A stretch of DNA of 63,824 bases, counting the filler, from Octopus bimaculoides (Eukaryota), in assembly GCF_001194135.2 (NCBI RefSeq). It is 6 parts of 6 records of this genome, joined end to end, with 100 filler letters (N's around TTAATTAATTAA, not from the genome) between each part and the next. Parts side by side here need not be neighbours in the genome. Positions count along the whole stretch, not along the records: positions 60,818 to 62,595 come from NC_068983.1; positions 62,696 to 63,824 come from NW_026309346.1; 4 more parts are not named here. The stretch is one strand, 5' to 3'. Positions 60,818-63,824 of the stretch are shown in pieces (the stretch's first letter is position 1; each line of letters opens with the position of its first letter). Made by a program: the position numbers and the translations under genes. The notes beneath the pieces were generated by a model. That model was not told where the DNA came from and made no database searches. It saw only the letters and a program-made list of their open reading frames with translations.

Positions 60818-62595
60818 GCTAAGGAGACGAGCTGCAGGAAAGCGCGCCGCACAAACGGCGACCACACTTGTTCACCGTCGTCTATGAAGCGCCAGAGATG
60901 TTGCAGTCTCAGCGCATGTCTGCGCATCATCAACCATCATTAACCGGCCCGTCGGTCCAGCGTCCCACAGGGGAGACGCTGTTAGACGGCATGGGCTTGC
61001 TCCTCCAGGTGCTGAGCCACAAGCCTACTGACTTATCCCGTTTAATTTTTGCTCCCGTTACCGCTTCGTATTCTTTTAGTCTCTCGCCGACCAGCTCGAT
61101 GTGCTATTGGCTCAACACTATGACGGTGATGTCGTCCGCATATGCAGACACACTCGTCCCACATCCCAGCTCTCGTGGGATGCCCCTCAGCGTCGCCAGC
61201 TTCCGCAGTAGAGGCTCAAGAGTCAATACATACAGAAGGGCCGAGAGGGGGCATCCTTGATGAACTGAACGCATGATGCCGAAGGGTCTGGATAGATGAC
61301 CGTTTACACGAACTACCGAGCGGATTCCGCTGTATAAGGCAGCGATCCAACCACGGAAGACGGGACCGGAACCAGCCGCTATGGGGACGGCTTCCAAGTA
61401 GTGATGGTCTACCCTATCGAAAGCTTTTGATTGATCCAAATTGATCAGCGCCCCACCCATGCCAGGTTCCTTAACTACCCTGTCCATGATGTAGCGGATC
61501 AGATGGAGGTTGTCATGGATACTCCTACCCGGCATGGCGCACGTCTGTGCCCTGTCGACTAGTTTCTCGATGACAAGTGCCAACCTCTAGGCTAACACTT
61601 TGGCCAAAATTTTCAAATCTGCGTTGAGCAGAGTGATGGGCCGAAAATTATCTATGATGTTCCCCTTGTTTGAGTCTTTCTTTAGTAGTGCCACTGCTCC
61701 TCGCTTTACAAAGACGGGGATGCTCCAGTTTTGCTGCCAGTTGCAGTAGACAGCTCCCAAGACGCCTCCAAACAAATCTGGCATATGACAATAAAGTTCG
61801 TCGGGCAGACCATCCAAGCCTGGCGACTTGTCTCCCTTGCAGCCTGCCATCGCATCCCGTACGTCCGCGGCTGTGATGGGTCTTTCACAACACTCCGCCT
61901 CTCTTGCTGAGAGTCGTGGCAGGCCATGCAGGTAGGCACTAAAGTCTACTCTGCGTTCTGACCCACCAGTTGTCCCAAACAGTCGGGCAAAGTGCTGTTG
62001 AAAGGCCTTGCACATCCTTTCAGGCTCGAGTAATTCGCGCCCTTCTTCATCTGTCAGAGACCTAATGGTGGCTCTGTTGCCTCGTTGCGCCTCCGCTACT
62101 CGGGCCTCTCGGGCCGCTTCAACTCCCTCGTCCCTCAGAGCATGCATCCTAGCTCTGACAACGCATCCTTCATGTTTGGCGTTGAAGTGTTGGTCGAGGG
62201 CCAACCTAGCCGCCACTACTCTCTCTCTCTCCTTTCGTGTGTAAAACACAGCTTCCAGTAACCGGGACCCTGTCTCTGTGTCTTATCTAAGTCAAGCGTA
62301 CAAGTGACAAATTTGTGGTCTGTGTAGCTGACTATGTGGAATTGTGGACAACCTACTCTATCCTTATCCACTGTCCTACAGAATACCCTATCTAAGTACG
62401 ATCTGGACGACCTGATGCGGTTACTCCATGTCCACATTGGCACATTCGGGTGGTCCAGTCAGTACCTGTCAGACAGTTGGAAACGTCTGAGCAGGTCTTT
62501 GAGGCTTTTGCATCCCTTTCTATTGCTATCGCTGCCTGCGTAATCTAGATGCGTGTCCAGGGTAGCGTTCCAATCCCCCACTAAAAGTAAAGGTC
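60818..62595 (-). pseudogene. Tx1/L1-clade LINE ORF2 (APE + RT), relatively young, truncated by gaps at both ends
   Basis: LLVGDWNA, SYLDRVF, TDHK, GPGYWKL, KSPGLDGLP, NFRPITLLNADLKILAKVL, LDQSKAFDRVDH, QGCPLS, YADDIT. One in-frame stop at 61587. Confidence 0.92.
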
Positions 62596-63069
62596 NNNNN
62601 NNNNNNNNNNNNNNNNNNNNNNNNNNNNNNNNNNNNNNNTTAATTAATTAANNNNNNNNNNNNNNNNNNNNNNNNNNNNNNNNNNNNNNNNNNNNATACA
62701 CACGCGTACGCACACATCCCTATATTCATTACATTATACATAATATGAATCGTATTCTATAGAAAGTTTTCCACGATATTTCCTGTTTAAGATCTGGTTA
62801 TTCTTATCAGGTTACATATCAGATGCATCCCATCCGTGACCACCCTTCGGCAATATGAAACCAACATCATTATTCTTGATATACCACTTCATTGAAGTTA
62901 GTCCATCTTTGTCAATGTGAATATTTGACTGCTATTTCTAGGACTGGATGTGATATCGTTTTTTTTTTTTTTCGGTTTTAGTCTTAGACGTGTGCATCTT
63001 TTGTTGTGTGTATGTAATTATGTGTGTGTGTGTTAATAATAATAACAATGGTTTAAAATTTTTCCACAC

Positions 63070-63668
63070 GGGTAGCCATTTTGAGGGAGAGAATGAATCG
63101 ACTGCATTGAACCCAGTGTTTCACTGGTACTTAATTTATCGACCCTGAAAGGATAAAAGGCAAACGCAAAATCGACCTCGATGGAAATCGAACTCAAAGC
63201 GTAAAGACAGACAAAATACTGCTAAAGATTTCACCCACCACGTTAACGATTCTGCCATCTCACCCCTTTCTACAATAAGCACAAGGCCTGAAATTTCGGG
63301 GTCGGTTACTAGTCGAACCCCGGCAAACCTTGAAGGCAGAAAGTAAGGATAGAAGCAGTACTGCCAAGCATTTCGCACGGCCTGCTAACGATTCTGCCAG
63401 CTCACCGCCTTAAAAATAATAATTATTATTATTATTAATATAATAATGATAATAATAATTACTATAGGGACAAGGTCTGAAATTTGGTGGGAGTGGGCCA
63501 GACGACTAGATCGAGTCCAGTACGCAACGTGTACTTAGTTCATCGACCCCCGAAAGGATGACAGGCAAAGACGACCTCGGCAAAACTTGAACTCAGAACG
63601 TAAAGACAGACGAAACACCGCTAAACATTTCATCTGGCGTGCCAACATTTCTGCCAGCGCGCCGCTTT
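63070..63668 (-). mobile_element. Cluster of three family B SINE copies/fragments
   Basis: ACTGGTACTTAATTTATCGACCC (63123), GCTAACGATTCTGCCAGCTCACCGCCTT (63384), TGAACTCAGAACGTAAAGACAGAC (63590). Confidence 0.8.
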
Positions 63669-63780
63669 AATAATGATTAACAATAATAACATCTTACCTC
63701 TACTGTATATATTTCATTAATTTGCCTGTACGGCTGATAAATCGCTTGCCACTCATATATATATGAATACCATCCCTATA

Positions 63781-63824
<44 letters not shown>

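Overview
Eukaryotic, AT-rich, microsatellite-dense draft-assembly window with many N gaps. Its two dominant tRNA-derived SINE families look like those I recall from octopus genomes, so an octopod cephalopod is the likely source (recall, not verified). I found no host protein-coding gene that I can name, only a few weak exon candidates. The recognisable content is decayed mobile DNA: R4/Dong-like RLE LINE relics (5, plus one weak), 3 Tx1/L1-clade relics, Penelope-like (PLE) remnants including two minimal hammerhead-ribozyme motifs and a ~1.2 kb fold-back, two Ty3/Gypsy pieces (LTR+gag; RNase H-integrase), an irritans-like mariner, a deleted Tc1/mariner-type transposase, a Helitron PIF1 helicase with a structured 3' end, MITEs and ~20 SINE copies. 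Most interesting: (1) a Gypsy LTR whose primer-binding-site position is occupied by 34-36 nt complementary to the host SINE RNA rather than to a tRNA 3' end; (2) dimer-type minimal hammerheads with non-canonical cores; (3) two different R4-type LINE relics joined tail-to-tail at the same homologous codon; (4) repeated SINE insertion at AATATT-starting sites. All analysis was done by eye: coordinates of decayed elements are approximate and no database searches were run.
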